Part shown: in pieces, positions 34,901 to 49,159 of the stretch
How the letters are laid out: every line of letters starts with the position of its first letter
Numbering within the stretch: the stretch's first letter is position 1
Origin: Phoronis australis
Taxonomy: Eukaryota > Animalia > Phoronida
Assembly (NCBI GenBank): GCA_002633005.1
Contig: NMRA01000139.1
Span: 1-64,000 of the forward strand
Direction: 5' to 3'
DNA length: 64,000 nt
The notes under the pieces: model-generated
What the model was told of the DNA's origin: nothing
The model's input: only the letters and a program-made list of their open reading frames with translations
Database searches by the model: none
Made by a program: the position numbers and the translations under genes

Positions 34901-37900
34901 AAATTTAACTCATTGGTCATCAAATTAGAAAGGTTTTCTTTGCACTCCGCTGAGGGTGCTCGCATGCATGACACACCCACGTTAAAAATAAGGTGTAACC
35001 ATGCAGTATGCCTACGTAGAATCTCAGTTACTTACGAGAACTGAATGTGAACTCCAGACGTTGAAGTGTGTACATTTTTGGGACACACACTGTACCATTC
35101 ACCCCCGCAACCAGAAACTGGACTACCGGCTGTGTTTCATCTAGGGATTCTGAAATGGCCGTAAAGCATTCATACCAGGCACCTATGTACCCCACCTTTC
35201 CAGAAAATTACTTCAAAGAATGGCCATAGTATAATGAAGTTTTCCTCGAAACTGGGTCATAATAAAACAAACCTTGACCTTCAACTCAGAGCAGAGGAAT
35301 AGGTACATGTACGAATACACTATTGGAACCTAGCTATAGTTACTTCAGGCAACTCTCAACTTTCAGTCAGCGCGCTGGCCCTAGACCCATTCTTACTCTC
35401 CGTGAAACTTTGTTGGTTCACGGTTACTCAAATCTTGATGGCTGCATCCCCGATATTACCCCCACCTATGGCGGATGTGGGGGGTTAGGTATATGGTGAC
35501 ATCCAGAGAACAGGGGGAAGGGGTGGCGATAGCAAGGGGTAGGTTGGCGAAGTCAAATTGTTTTTTTTCGCCCCCCTCGATCCCCCCAATAGTTTTTTCC
35601 TTCCTACGGGACTGAATCTAAATAATTAACCGATATTTTCTGTTTTTCTTGAAAACAATAGTCACCAACATGAAGACTCTTCAAACATATCGTAGATGTT
35701 TGTCATTGCTTCAGTGACCACTGTCATTGTTAAATTGCACGCAATCGCAGACTGAAAAGTTTGCTACAATAAACAGAGAAGAATAGTGAAACATTAAATT
35801 GTAAAATACTATCATGTATATGTTTGTGACAGAAAGTTAACAAATGCATCGCGGTGAGACAAGGAAATGCACACAATATGGTATCTTCACCCTTTCTTCA
35901 TTCTGTCAAAAACTGCATTCAAAGAAAGAAAAGTTTCGAGTCATCTCATATCTGAAGCACATAAGCACAGCAACTTCATTCTCTCTTGTATGCTTGACCC
36001 TTTCACTCCAGCTGAAAACCAAGCTAGACTTATAAGAAAAATAAAGCCAAAACCCCCGCAAAATCGGCACTTTTCACTCCAATACAACCACTTACTTGCC
36101 GATGCTCGACTAAAGCCAACTTAAGATTCCGAAAGCAAATTTCCAATCGATTCCAAAAATGAGATCCACAAATACTGTCAATCCATTACATTTTTTCCAA
36201 ATCTGACTTGTTTGAGGGCTACCTGAAATCGCCGTCAATTTCTCAGTCGCTACCCGGCAATGCACAATTGCGACAACAGGAAACCGCCATCTTGAACAAG
36301 AGTGCAACTACAACCGAGCAAGTGGTCTTCTTTCATTCTCAACGTGTTCACAAATACCATCATCAGAAGAGAGAATATAGTGGCTATCTATATAGGACCA
36401 GCAACAAGTGATGAAACACAGACACAGTCAGTTACAGGGAGTGACAATAAACTATGAGAACCTGTGGTGTGCCAGTTGCCTATTGAGATTGGGCTTGCAC
36501 CAACAGATCTGTGGATCCTCGCGAATTTTAAGCTCCTTTGTTGTTTCTGCGAACTAACTCACGTTCGTGAGAGAACAAAAAAATAACCCCCAACAAAACG
36601 CGATACTTCCACTAATTACTTAAAAAATCACTGGGCCTGTCGTTCAACATTTTGGTGAACAAGCAAGCGTGCGCGTGAATGGGCCTGCAACCACTGAGGG
36701 GGGTGATCGGGGTCTAGCGGCGGAAAGATGTCCCCTGGGGGGAGGGGTGTGGATTACACAGCGACCAGCAAGAAGAGAGGGACGCCAAGGAGGTGTCAAC
36801 TAGGGGAGGGGGAGCATATATACTCAACTTTTTTGTGACGAACAAAACTTGATTGAAAAGTTTACACAGGCTCAGCGTTATGCTCGTTGAGACTTAAAGA
36901 CTATGATTTGCGATATAGTTCTCGCTTTTACAGCGCCTTTTGAATTCGAGATACTAGTTCTAAGTTGTTCTGGAAATGAATATTTGATGCTATGAGTTAT
37001 ACTTTGATGCTGGTTTTAGTGTGAGGTGAGAAAAATATTAAAGTTCGTATCGTAATCTTTTTTATAAAGTTGGACCATTTTGACTTGGCGCTTAGCTTTA
37101 TTTCACCAATATAATGAATTTCAATATCGTATACCAATTTAGTCCAAGTAACCAGGCTATCCAATTCTTCAAAGGGGATCTCTTGCACTTTGGTACCAGT
37201 GATATTCAATAAGCCGGCGGAAGCAGGTCTGCTCAGTGCGCCAGCAATGAAATGATGTTCGTGAGAGGCGACAAGTCCGTTGCGGGATTGAGCGGGCATG
37301 ACAGAAGAATTTTGTTGACCCCCAAAAGGTGGGGGTAAGACTTGGTGATTGAGGGAATCCAGTGGCGCAAGAGTAGGGAACGGTGTGCGAGGGTCTAGAA
37401 TAAATGGCACTTGCGGGCAAGGAATAATATAAGAGAGCAGGGTTGGTCTCTCTGCTTGTAATGACTGTAAGGACAATGTTCTTGAGCTTGAAAAATGTCT
37501 GGGACCTCGAAATATGTTAGTGAATACGCGTTTTGTCCCAAGAAATATCAATTACGAAAGCTAACATGAACCTTCTTTCAACCCAATTTTGCACTTTGAA
37601 CATTTGGTTATCAGAAAATGCATTGTTCCGTAGCAGTACCGGGATTATGGCCTGAAATGTCTGCGATTCCACAAAATTCGCAGTAATTGAAAATTGTTAT
37701 TTTTGTTTTTTCCAGTCAACACCGACTTGGATAGGACAGACTAAAGAGGGCGAAGGAAGTTGAAGGTCAATGATGAGCAAGGATTTACCTGTTAAACATT
37801 ATTCTGTCGCAGGAGCAGATGAACAAGCTGGAAAAAATGGATAGAAAATTGAAATTTTTATTTACAAACTTTTGAAAATTTGATGAAACTTGTGTTTTTA

Positions 37901-40900
37901 GCATTTTCTTCTGGAATTCCTTTTCTTTTTACTAAATTATTATCCACACTTCATTTGAGTTTTCTTTGCAGGCAGAATTCTCGTCGAAATTCACGCGGCA
38001 CTATTCTCGTGAGAATTTGATCTGTAACGCTGGCCTCTGGGAATACGGAGATATACGGGATTCGAAGAATCGATATCAACACAAATACAAAGGCGTGCTT
38101 CGTGTTGGCAAAGTCGGTGGGTGACCCAACCTTTATCTTCTAGAAAATATAAGAATTAAGTTTTGTAAAAATAAACATTAGGTGCTTTCGTGGACAAAAA
38201 AAAATAAAAAACAAAAGCTTCACATTTGTTAGTGCATGTTATTTGACTCAAAGACAGAAATTCTGAAAATCAAAGCAAACCAAAAATGATTAAAAAATAA
38301 TAAAAATGCAACTAATATCATGAATTCACTTGGAGTTTAGCTTCTGCCGATAGTAAGAGTTAGTGAAAGATGTGTCTGGGAGTGAACAAGAAATCAGCAG
38401 TTGTATTTATACTTGGTTTTCTTATACTCTACTTCATGCATGCGTTACGTAACAATAAAAAGATAAAAAACAAGACTACTGAGTTTCCATGAAATGATGA
38501 TACCCAATAGCTTTGCCACAGTTGCATGCAACTCCCCCATTCCATAACACCATCATTCGTGGCGCTAGCTGACTTGATTGGGAATTTAGAATCATGGGAG
38601 GCGCAGCACTGAAAAAAGTGGGGGCTATAGCCCTCAAGCCCCCCTGTGGTTCACCACCTATAGATCATGGGCGGCGAAGCACTGAAAAAAGTGGGGCGCT
38701 ATAGCCCCCTGTGGTACGCTGCCCATGAGAATTGCTTGATTTTTGACTGGGTTCACAATGACCCGTTGGCCTAAGGCTTTTCCAAGTTTTCGGTTTGGCA
38801 TGTGCTAGTCAGTGATACCCACGCATTACGTTTGCGCTGTGGGATTCCTTTCGATCACTCACAGTGGCACGAAAGAAAATGTACTAAACGGTACAATTTA
38901 CTACTGCCGAAAATCCTGTAGAAAATTCAATAAGGGCTCATCCTTTGCAGGTGACGTAGGCTACTTCTGAAGCTCATTTCAGCAATAGTTGATAAACGGT
39001 GCGTTTCTCGCGGGGACTGTGTTAAATTTTCCACTACTTACTTCTTAAACCGACATCATCACGGCTTATACAGTGGATATTTTCAAAATTCGTAGAGGCC
39101 AGCCCGGGATCGTGTATGTGGACTGCGTGGCAAGGCCGGCCACGCGAGATTGCCACACCGGCGCTTATGTCAATTTAGGAAAGAACTTGTATTTTGAAAT
39201 TCACGCATCAGATAAAACATTTTCCAGATAAATAAAGGGCCGGAACTTTGGTATCGCCTTAGTACGTTTTAATTATAAGAAAATTAGTCGGTGTGAATTG
39301 TGACAAAAGACCCCTAATCTATAAGCAACCACTAGATAACGTTGCTATAATAATTTAATTAAATGGCAAATATTTCAAAGCATGCATAATACTGAATGGC
39401 AGGCGACTTTTCAACTACACAAAAGTTGGTACCCAAAAGTCTTGTTTTCTCAAAGGACTGGCTGCTGGAGTAACATTAAAAAGGCAATCAAAGTTTAAAA
39501 GACGAATACTAAAGTTGTGTCCCCTGCTTAGCGGTACGTCTCACCTAACAGTAGTCGGCCGAGTACGCAGTGAGTCCGACGAAAGCGTGCATGTCTGAAG
39601 CAGCCTCGCCACGAGCTTGAAGAGTTAGTCTGCACGAGCTTGAAAAAAATGTCCGTTGGGCCCAGGGGATTTAGTTTATGCATCACCAATAAACCAACTG
39701 GATTTAATGCAGGTCGATCATCTGGTGTGACAGACCAAGCGAGTTGCTGGAGGTTCAAATATTCGGCACATCATATTCGTCGCTGGAGGGCATTCTAGAA
39801 AAAACTTGGGCGCGATAATGCTGAAGGCACAAGTTTCATCAAATATTCAAAAGCTTATTCCCAATATTCTATCGACGCATTTTCCAATTTGCTCAGGGGT
39901 CTTACGGCAGAAGTATGCAGGTAAATCTTTCCTCATCGTTCATCTTCTACTTTCTTCACCCTCTTTGATTCTTCTGTCCTATCCAAGCAAGTGTTGACCG
40001 AAAAAAACAAGAATAATAATTTTTCAGTTACTGTGTACTAGCTCTCGCAGACATGATAGTTAGATACATGCCGCAATTAGCGGGCGAAAAGACAAACCGT
40101 TCCCTTTAGTTTAGGTGAGTCCACCCCCCCCCCCCCCCCCCCCCCCCCNNNNNNNNNNNNNNNNNNNNNNNNNNNNNNNNNNNNCAATATCTGTCCCGGC
40201 GAAAGCGTCAAAACGACAAATTGTCTTTTAAACTTCCCTTTGGTTTAGATGAATCCCCCCCCCCCCCCCTCCTCAACACACTCTCCCTACTAGGTCCCTC
40301 CTAATTCATATCTGCATGCGGTATGCACGACCAACGATATTGCCCGCGCAGTGAGTCATTTTCTTCACAGATTCATTATTCATGCTACACTGATCGCGCT
40401 CCACCGCGATCAGTTAGATATGACGTAATATAGCGGGTGAAACGACAAAACGTCTGTTAAACTTTCATTTTGTTACGAGTCTAACTTTTTTAAATTCTCT
40501 CTTAAACTATCAGTAGAAGTTTCTCGTTTTCTTGGATTCAAAGTTAAAAATGACGTCATTAGAGGGCAAAGCGACAAAACCTTATTCAAACTTCTCTTTT
40601 AAACTGAGTTGAAGTCTCTCGCGTTCTTAGGTTAATTTTTTGACTTCTCACGAAAGTAAGTTCGTTTGCGTTCGGGAAAAGACAATATTTTTCTCGCGAA
40701 CGTGACTTCGTTCGCGAGAAGATAATATTTGTTCTCTCGCGAAAATTAGTTCGTGAGTTCGTTGGCGGACATACTGGATTGAGGGAAAACGCTCGGGCGG
40801 CGAACATAATTTGTCGAGTATCTTTTCAAATGTTGTAGATTTCATGAAAAGGTGAGTGTAAAGTGGTGTGCCTGATCCATGAGAGCAATGAATTTTATAT

Positions 40901-41486
40901 TACGACACTTCATTTTATTTTTTGGGTACTGCCGACAAAGTTTGAAATGGGCGTGCTTTAATTTGTCAGACTATTACCGAATAGGTTCCGAATAAATGAC
41001 ACCGAAACATGTCACGTCGTTTTAAAACCGTAGTTGTTTTCATTAATATATGCTGTTACTTGCTATCATGGAGTTCTTAAATACAGACAAACCACATTCA
41101 CTTGGCCTTCATACAATACCTAACTAAAAATGCCCCCAAGCCTACCCCTAGATTTTAATATTTTGGGAGCGTTTAGTGCCATCTCAACAAAATAAATTAT
41201 AGCAATGTACCAATCACTTCCTCAATAAAAATGCTATAATTTGTTTCACGCCACATTCTCTACAGGCTACAAAACAAACTCACCGATCCCAATACTTTAT
41301 GAAGTATGAGAATGCCACCCGATTTAATAAGTCTTTTTTACCGTCTTAATCGGTCTACATCCACATCACCTCGTATACGGTCGAGCTCACCTCGCCGACA
41401 GGTGTCGCGTTAACCTGTGATGAAGCTGAGAAACGACGCAGCGACGTCAGAGTGGATCTTCCGAATTCTGCAGAGTGAGTGCCGCT

Positions 41487-42170
41487 ATGGTCTGGTGTAT
41501 GATCGTTCCCGCTTGTGCGAACTATGAAGCTGCGAGGAAAGCGGGTATATTGTTTTTTCGATTCCAGTACGCCATTAATACCGTGAAACTTCTCCGTGTC
41601 TGTCTGTGGCCTGCATTTCGTCGGATCGGTTGTTGATCAGTTTGTGATTCAAGTATAAGATGGAGAATTGTAGTTGGCCATGAAAACATAAACAATTAAT
41701 TCAAGGCGTGAGAACACAACGTTTTATATAACCTGTTTGATGACAGACTCAAATTTGTTCGTGAGGCTTCTGTTTGGTCCTCTGGGTGTAGGATGTTTTC
41801 GCCAGCCAAGTGTTCTTTTTCTCAGCCATAAAAGAACGTCGTAAGCACACACCTGTTTAGATGCGGTGCAAAACCAGGATGGTCCGTGAGACACATCTGC
41901 GCTTCTCCAGGAAGGCGTTTCACTGGCGGAATTTCGTGGCAGCAAACGCAAGCGTCAGTCGTTTCCATTATCGTGCAGTTAGCTCAGTGACAATACCATG
42001 ACAAGTCATTCAAACGGTTTTCGGAACTCAGTATCCATATGTTCCGTTGTCTGTGCACGTGCACAGAGTCTCTCTATTATTTCTTGATCAGTAGATCCCT
42101 GTGAAACCAAACAATCGACATGTGAAGTCTTCGTCGGATGAGCACTCGTGAAGTCGGGATTACGAGTTGC
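41487..42170. mobile_element. Old Kolobok remnant: THAP fragment (+) converging on a KolX fragment (-)
   Basis: (+) MVWCMIVPACANY...FFRF...CGLHFV; (-) WYCH*ANCTIMETTDACVCCHEIP...CLTDHPGF..HLN; termini not identified. Confidence 0.65.
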
Positions 42171-43244
42171 TTCGTTGACGTTTATTATTGCGTGCGTTCT
42201 GTTTCACAATGAATTATTCTCACCCTAACCAATACTTATATAAAACTGAAACAATTAAAGTATGTCTCAGATACAATTTGTGATGCCTTAGAGTGTTCGC
42301 AAGTGCAAATGTCTTGAGATTCGAGCAATGACTAAATCACTGCGTTACCTGCTTTAGATGCAACAAACTAAATGACCTAGCACCCGGCCGAGGCCCTCCG
42401 AGCGCACCATGCTAATTCAGTGTTTGCTGACAGAAAGCTAGCTGTTGTGAAACAATAACTCGATTTTATATCCTGTGGTCAGGTGTTAGGGGAATCTATT
42501 TAGATGTTCTTATAAATTATTCGAATCATTGTTACTGTACAATGTTTGCCCTGACGGTTCTTTGGAAGTGTAATCTGACTTCGCGGCACCCGACGAGCTA
42601 CTAATTAGGGGATTTGCAGTTTCGCAGCTAATTCACAAAATAATCAGTGCACATTTTTCTTTGGCTCCCTAGTATAGTCTTAACGTGGATGAAAGTTTAG
42701 TTTCCAACGTTGGTTGGTTTATGTTCGAGATGTCTTCAGTCCGGCCGCGATGGGCCTGATTGGGTTCCGAGCCACGGCCGGCATAGAATCATTTTGCGTG
42801 TTTAGAACTGAAAAAAATTGCAAGTCTAAAATTACAACACACAGCTATGTTCTCCTGTCTGTATTTCACGGACGAATAATTTGAATTTATCACCGAACAG
42901 ACCCCAAACACCAGCGACTGACCTTGAAATTGGCCCGCCGAACTGTTGTCTACGGTACATTAAAATACCTAAAAATCCGTAACAGCGAAACAAATAACAC
43001 GTTTGTTCAATAACTCGATGTATGTGTAAGGGTTTTACATCGCATTTTTATGATTTATTGGTGTAAAACGATGAATTGAAACGATAAGCTGACACCAGTA
43101 AGCGTGTTTTGAACTGCTGAACAGACTGCATTCGGTCCCTGGCGTCATTGGTTAATTTCAACACCTCCGTCTGCCGTCAGGTGTCAGGTAAAAGACCTGT
43201 GAATGCTGTTATCGAGTGGAACTACTCGATCTAAATTGATGCAA

Positions 43245-44346
43245 TTACATTACTATTACATTTTACGCCATTGTTACATTTTACGTTGCTCAGTCTCTCC
43301 TAAAATGTAACAAGTCGTTACGTTTTACGCAGTTGTTACATTTCACGTGGAATGCAAATACGAGAAATGTACCATTGTTACATTTTACGAAACCAACGTC
43401 ATATTCCAAAGAAAATGATCAAAATCACAAACAAGTGGTATCTGACTCGACCTTGGAGCACTGGAGTATTTTTGGACGAGGGGTGCCGCCCGAAAAACTT
43501 GAATTCCTACTCGTTTAGAGAGTGGGCTCGGACAAAAAAGTGACCCATTTAGAGACTAATTTGTGTAAAAATTCACATTTTCGCACAATCCTGCTCCAGA
43601 AATTCAGGAAAGGCATCTTTTACATATAATTTTGTCGAAAATGGCACCATGACACCAAAGCAATAAGACACTGGCTGAAATAAACCAAACTATCGTGGAC
43701 TAAAACGGGTGTTTTTTCTATCAAATTGGCTTCCGAAATTGAACACTCTATGAAAAATTTTGTTATTGTCGTTTGTTTTCAAAGAAATACAATAAAAATT
43801 AGCCAAATACGATGTCATTGTTGTGCTTACCAAGGGAAGTGTGTTTATTGTAAGACCGGATACACAATTGGTTCTGTAAGTGTCAACAAAAGATTGCAGA
43901 ACGCTTTAACAATAAAAAACTTGTTACCTGATCCTGGAAAATCCTTTCGTGTGAAGTTGAAACTGTACATTTTTACTAAACCATAAAACTACTCAGACAT
44001 GTTAAAAAACATGGAAAGCAGATAAGACACATCTATAAATTCGACCTGGCACTGACATTCGATAGAATTTCATTCACACAATCCGAGGAAGAAGGCGTTA
44101 AGTGTGTGAAAGGTTTTCCTCCGTGTGACAAATATCATGCAAACTCATGAAACATGACGTCGTTTTCGTCGTCAAATGTAATATTGATACATTTCTCGCA
44201 TGTGCATTCGCCGTATATTGTAACAATCGCATAAAATGTGACTACTTGTTACATTTTAAGAGAGGCCTAGCTACGTAAAATGTAACAATGACAAAAAATG
44301 TAACAGTTGTTACATTTTACGAAATTGTTACATTTTACGGCGTATC
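43245..44346 (+). mobile_element. Non-autonomous TIR element with aaaatgtaaca subterminal repeats, shorter copy
   Basis: Inverted homolog of 46400-49159; ends ttacattttacggcgtatc. Confidence 0.75.
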
Positions 44347-44464
44347 TGATTCAGTGCTTGAGTAGCATCGTGTTTTTGCAATTAGTCTGAAAATTACGGA
44401 GTAACATATGTTCGCCGAGTAATTAACTTTTTCTAATACTTCAAGACAAAGTATGGTGTCATAC

Positions 44465-44725
44465 CCATGCACACACACAGCCTTAAAAATGGGGGCTCGA
44501 ATTTTGAGTATGTGGACCTTTTACTAAGATTCGCGGGGTACGTTAAGATCTATCAATTGCGCATTCGCCGAATTTTGGTAGCTCCTGCCGTTCTAGTGGA
44601 CTTTTGTCTCTTTTTTTTTTACTTTTCCGGAGTTATTGTTTCTCTGTGGCAGACGTTTGTGCCAACTAGCTTAGCTAAATGGGGGGCTCTAACGAGCCCT
44701 CCCCCGGCCCTGGGTGCGCGAATGA
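44465..44725 (+). mobile_element. Dispersed MITE, copy 2 of 3
   Basis: Similar to 9961-10220 and 62654-62935. Confidence 0.55.
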
Positions 44726-44986
44726 ATAACATAGGCGGATAAAGAGGGGTCGAAGAGCCCGAGGACACACCCCACGGGCGACCAAAAAAACGTCGCCAAC
44801 ATATCGTTTCTGGGCGTTACGCGCCTACTTTCCTTTAAAATTGTGTTTGCCCCAAGCCCCTTCTGAGACCGTTCGGGATGCACGATCACCTTTGCCTTCC
44901 TATATGTGTGGTTGGGACCCTTTCTGCGACATCCACTGCAGCCTCGAAGTAAATACCCACTCGTGAACCAAAAAATAGACCTATAC

Positions 44987-46240
44987 AACCGATTTCATGA
45001 AGGTGGTCTAAAGTTAAACCTGGTTTAAACTGGACTATGACCAGGTTAAAGATAATCTGCATTTCATAAAGTTGGTTTAACTTTTATACCAGTGGTCTAG
45101 TAAAACCTGGTTTAACTCCAGTTTAGACCTGGTCTAAGTCAGTTTTCATTTCACCAACGAGGTCTAAATTCTTTAGATCTCTATTAAGATGTTAAACCAT
45201 GTTTAACTTTGGACTTGGTCAGCCTCAGGTTTAACTGTTAAATATGTCAGACTTGCAGGGTATAGGAACAACTGAATGATGCCGCGGAGTGCACTTGCGA
45301 CGCAGTTTAGAGCGAAAATGGACTATTTTCAGTATTCAGTTTTACTACGACACAAGATCAAACGTAGCAGGGGTGGACCCAGGACTTTTAAAGGGGGGAC
45401 GGTCAAGGACTTTTTGAAAGGGGGACCAAGTCAACAATTTGAAAAAATATAGATTTGGTATCACTAAAATCAAGGGAAAAGGGGGCTCCGGACCCCTTGA
45501 CCCCCCTGGATCCGCCTATGCGTAGACCAGAACGTGCTGGAGTGTGTCCTTCGGATTCCTCAGAAAACGACTGGTCGAGCAGGGCGTCATCGTCGTAAGC
45601 GCTATGGATTTGACATAAGACAGCATCTTCTGATTCTTCTGACTGAGTTCCACCGCCACTGCTCTCCGATATAATGTTGCCGGGAAGGAGTCTTGCTCCC
45701 CCCCCCCTTTGGCAGTGAAAAATAAACAATAAAATGACACGGAAATAAATTTGGGCATTTCGGGAGCATGTTCTTTAGTGTGTGTGTGTTGGGCACAGAA
45801 ATTACATTTTTCCTCATGAGAATAGCTTTTAGACCCTGTTCGTAAATGTCTGCACTGATTCTACCAGTGTATGCCATTATAGTTTCTTTGTTGGGTTACC
45901 CAGCTCGACACAGTGGGGTGCCTTTGATACTGTAAACCTGGCGTGCGTTCAGTAGACGCTAGCACCTACACTAGGACCTAGCTAAAACCTAGTCAAAGTC
46001 ACGTGTTCTCATTTAAAATGCACGTAATCTCGCGAAGTCTTGCGTTATAGCGAGGTCCTAGCGTTACTGAACGGGAGGCTGGTTTTATTGAACCAGCTCC
46101 CTGGTCTAGCAAAGCCAGGCTTTCAGACTCTCAAACCATGTTGGTGAAATGCAAGTCAGGTCTAAAATTAGACCAGGTTTAGGAAGACCAGGTGTAAGTT
46201 TTAAACCTGGTTTTGTTAAACCACCTTTATGAAATCGGCT
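44987..46240. mobile_element. Harbinger-like non-autonomous element with a small nested MITE at about 45368-45520
   Basis: TIR ccgatttcat(g/a)aaggtggt at both ends; many aaacctggtttaa subrepeats; target duplication not clean. Confidence 0.6.
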
Positions 46241-46399
46241 GATATTGTTTACGAGTCAGGTTTTGAGAATTCAATGCACTCTTAAAATTCAGTGTACAGG
46301 GTGATAAGGTGAGCATTGGGCGCTTACTTACCTCTAATTTTATCACTACAGCACTGCTTAATTTGTTTTTTCCATGCTCATTTATTTGAAAAAAGCTCT

Positions 46400-49159
46400 G
46401 ATACGCCGTAAAATGTAACATTTACGTAAAATGTAACAACTGTTACATTTTATGTCATTGTTACATTTTACGTAGCTAGGGCTCTCTTAAAATGTAACAT
46501 TTTATGTGATTGTTACAATTTTCGTCGAATGCACATGCGAGAATTGTACCATTATTACATTTTACGAAAGCGACGTCATATTTCATGAGTTTTCATGGTA
46601 TTTGTCACACGGAGGAAAACGGTTCATACACTAAATGCCTTCTTTCTTGGATTGTTTGAACGAAATTCTATCAAATGTGCCAGCTAGAATTTATAGATGC
46701 GTTCCTATTTGCTTTCCACTGTTTTTAACATGGATAGTTCTTTGATAGAGTCAAAAACGTACCATGTACAATTTCAACTCCAGACAAAAGGATTTACCAG
46801 GATCATGTAACACGTTTTTATTGTTAAAAATCTCTTACAATCTTTTGTTGAAGCTCATTGATAACACCCAATTGTGTGTCCGGCATTACAGCAAACACAC
46901 TTCCCTAACTACCCTGTAAGCACAACAGAAACGATGACGTCGTATGTTGACTAATATTTATCGCATTTCTTCAGGAACAAACGACAATAACAATTTTTTA
47001 AGCAGAAATCAGAAGCCAATTTCATAGAAAAAACATCCGTTTTAGTTCACAATAGTTTGATTTATTTCAACCAGTGTTTTATTACCTTGAAGTCATGGGA
47101 CAAAATGGGCAATATCAAAGTTTCTGATGCCGATGGGTTCTGTCTACCACCATAGTTAGGAATGATAGTTTCTTAAAGACATTATGGTAGAAGGAAATTA
47201 AACTATGCACTTGTTTGCTGGCAGGTTAACAGATTGTGTCACTGCAACAGCAAATGATCGCCTTTGAGAAGGGCGAACCAATAGGTTTAAAAAGTGGCGG
47301 CATAGTAATGTGTTTTGAACAGCTAAAAGCTGAATGAAATATCATTGTTCTTATGATGTCAAATCTGTCTGAAAGAGTGGTGGTAACAACTGATTAACCG
47401 TGACGTGTTACGCAAAAATGGGAGACCTAGCTGGCAATAGAACATATTTTGCCTCTCTGAAACGACACGATCATTTTCCTCATACTGGGTCTAGCTCGAC
47501 AGTTTAAAGGGGCAATAGTCCGAGGTAAATCGGCTGTCAGCTTTTCGGAATACAAAAACATTCACTTTCTCTTTCTATAATCTTTTAAGGTAAACTATCA
47601 ATTAAAATTGCTATTTGGTCAATGTTCGTTAGTCCGAAACCCATATAAATAAAGACTGGGATTGGACATTCTAGTATTAATGGACGTGAAGCCACGTGTC
47701 TCTTGAGGCGCCATTTTTCATTGTGTTGCAGCTCGTTTTCTACAGCACGTGTAGTTATAGGCAGATAAGGAAATTTGGTACATCGCATTCAAAGCTCATA
47801 TTAAACATGGCTGACTTCGACGTTGGTCGTTTTTGTTCTTTACAACCCACTTTCAATGAAACCTAGTTCAAAGCTCTCAGTTAATTCACTGAATATTGGA
47901 GCCCGTACCACATGAAATTGTTGCGAGTTTTGTATGTCCGTTACCAGTTATTCTAATGACCAGGTGACAGCATCCATATTGGACTAGTCGGTAGTTCTCG
48001 AAAAATGTCTACCTTCAGAATTCAAATTAAAGGAATTTTTAACGTATATCGTAGAGCGAGCCCTAGTTTTTGAAAAGGAATGTTTTCAACAAGAGAAAAA
48101 AATGATAACACGGAGGTATCCTCACGTTTAGATTTAAGTCGCAAGTAAAAGATTACAGTCTGAATCCAGCAAACTACAGAAGGGTATAGTTATATTTACA
48201 AGCAATACCGTGCTTATCGATAGATCAGAAACAATCATCTTTTGAAATTGCGCTCGTCTAGACAAGATTTGTTACCTCAAGCTCCTAGCTTCCAAAAAGT
48301 AGGCCTTTTCAGCATTCACGCAGCTGCCATGACGTTTCTCACAACATCGTTAACTGAGGCTGAACATAGGAACCCCTTTAAGTATTCGCTGTCCATTATG
48401 GAAAGCTCGGTGCAAACACTGAACCATGAATGAGAAGATTTTAGAATCTTTGAGGCAATGATGTATTAGCACTTTGCTAAAACTTGTACTATTTATATTG
48501 TATTGTGCCCTTGTTACACAAATTCAATGATAATAACAATAGCAATAACAATAACGATAACTATACCAATAACGAGTGATAGTAGTGAAAGTAGTAATAG
48601 TAATAAAAGCAGTTGCAATAGTAGTAATAGCAGTAATACTAATGTAACAGTAATAAAATGATAATGGGTAGCCAGATTTATGCCTGGTCAGCCCGGAGGG
48701 CATTCCTATAGAAGAGATACATGTATACGAAAAGTGCCGCCCAATAGAACGTTTTTTTCACAGCAAAAATACTCTCCAAGATTTTCAACAAAATACTATA
48801 TAAAAGGGTGCCTTTTTGAATTTCTGGAACAGAACTGTGTGAAAATGTGTATTTTTACACAAAATTAGTGTCTCAGTAAATGGGTGGCTGTATTCCGGGC
48901 CCATTCTCTAAACGGGGGTAGCAGCCCTCGTTCAAAAGTACTCGAGTACCCCCACCCCCGGCCGTGTCAGATACCACTTGTTCTTGGTTTTAGTCATTTT
49001 CTTTGTAATATGACGTTGGTTTCGTAAAATGTAACAATGGTACATTTCTCGCGTATGAATACGACATAAAATGTAACAACTACATGTTCGTAGAGACTTA
49101 GCAACGTAAAATGTAACATTGACGTAAAATGTTACAGTTGTTACATTTTACGGCGTATC
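46400..49159 (-). mobile_element. Non-autonomous TIR element, longer copy
   Basis: TIR GATACGCCGTAAAATGTAACA at both ends; flanks aaagctct and aaagctca (8-bp duplication with one mismatch). Confidence 0.8.

Noticed and set aside
36997-37551. 184-aa minus-strand ORF with a weak LRR-like stretch
   Set aside because: No convincing domain, splice context or start; likely a repeat mosaic
39480-39960. Coding-like GC-richer stretch
   Set aside because: No frame gave a recognisable family
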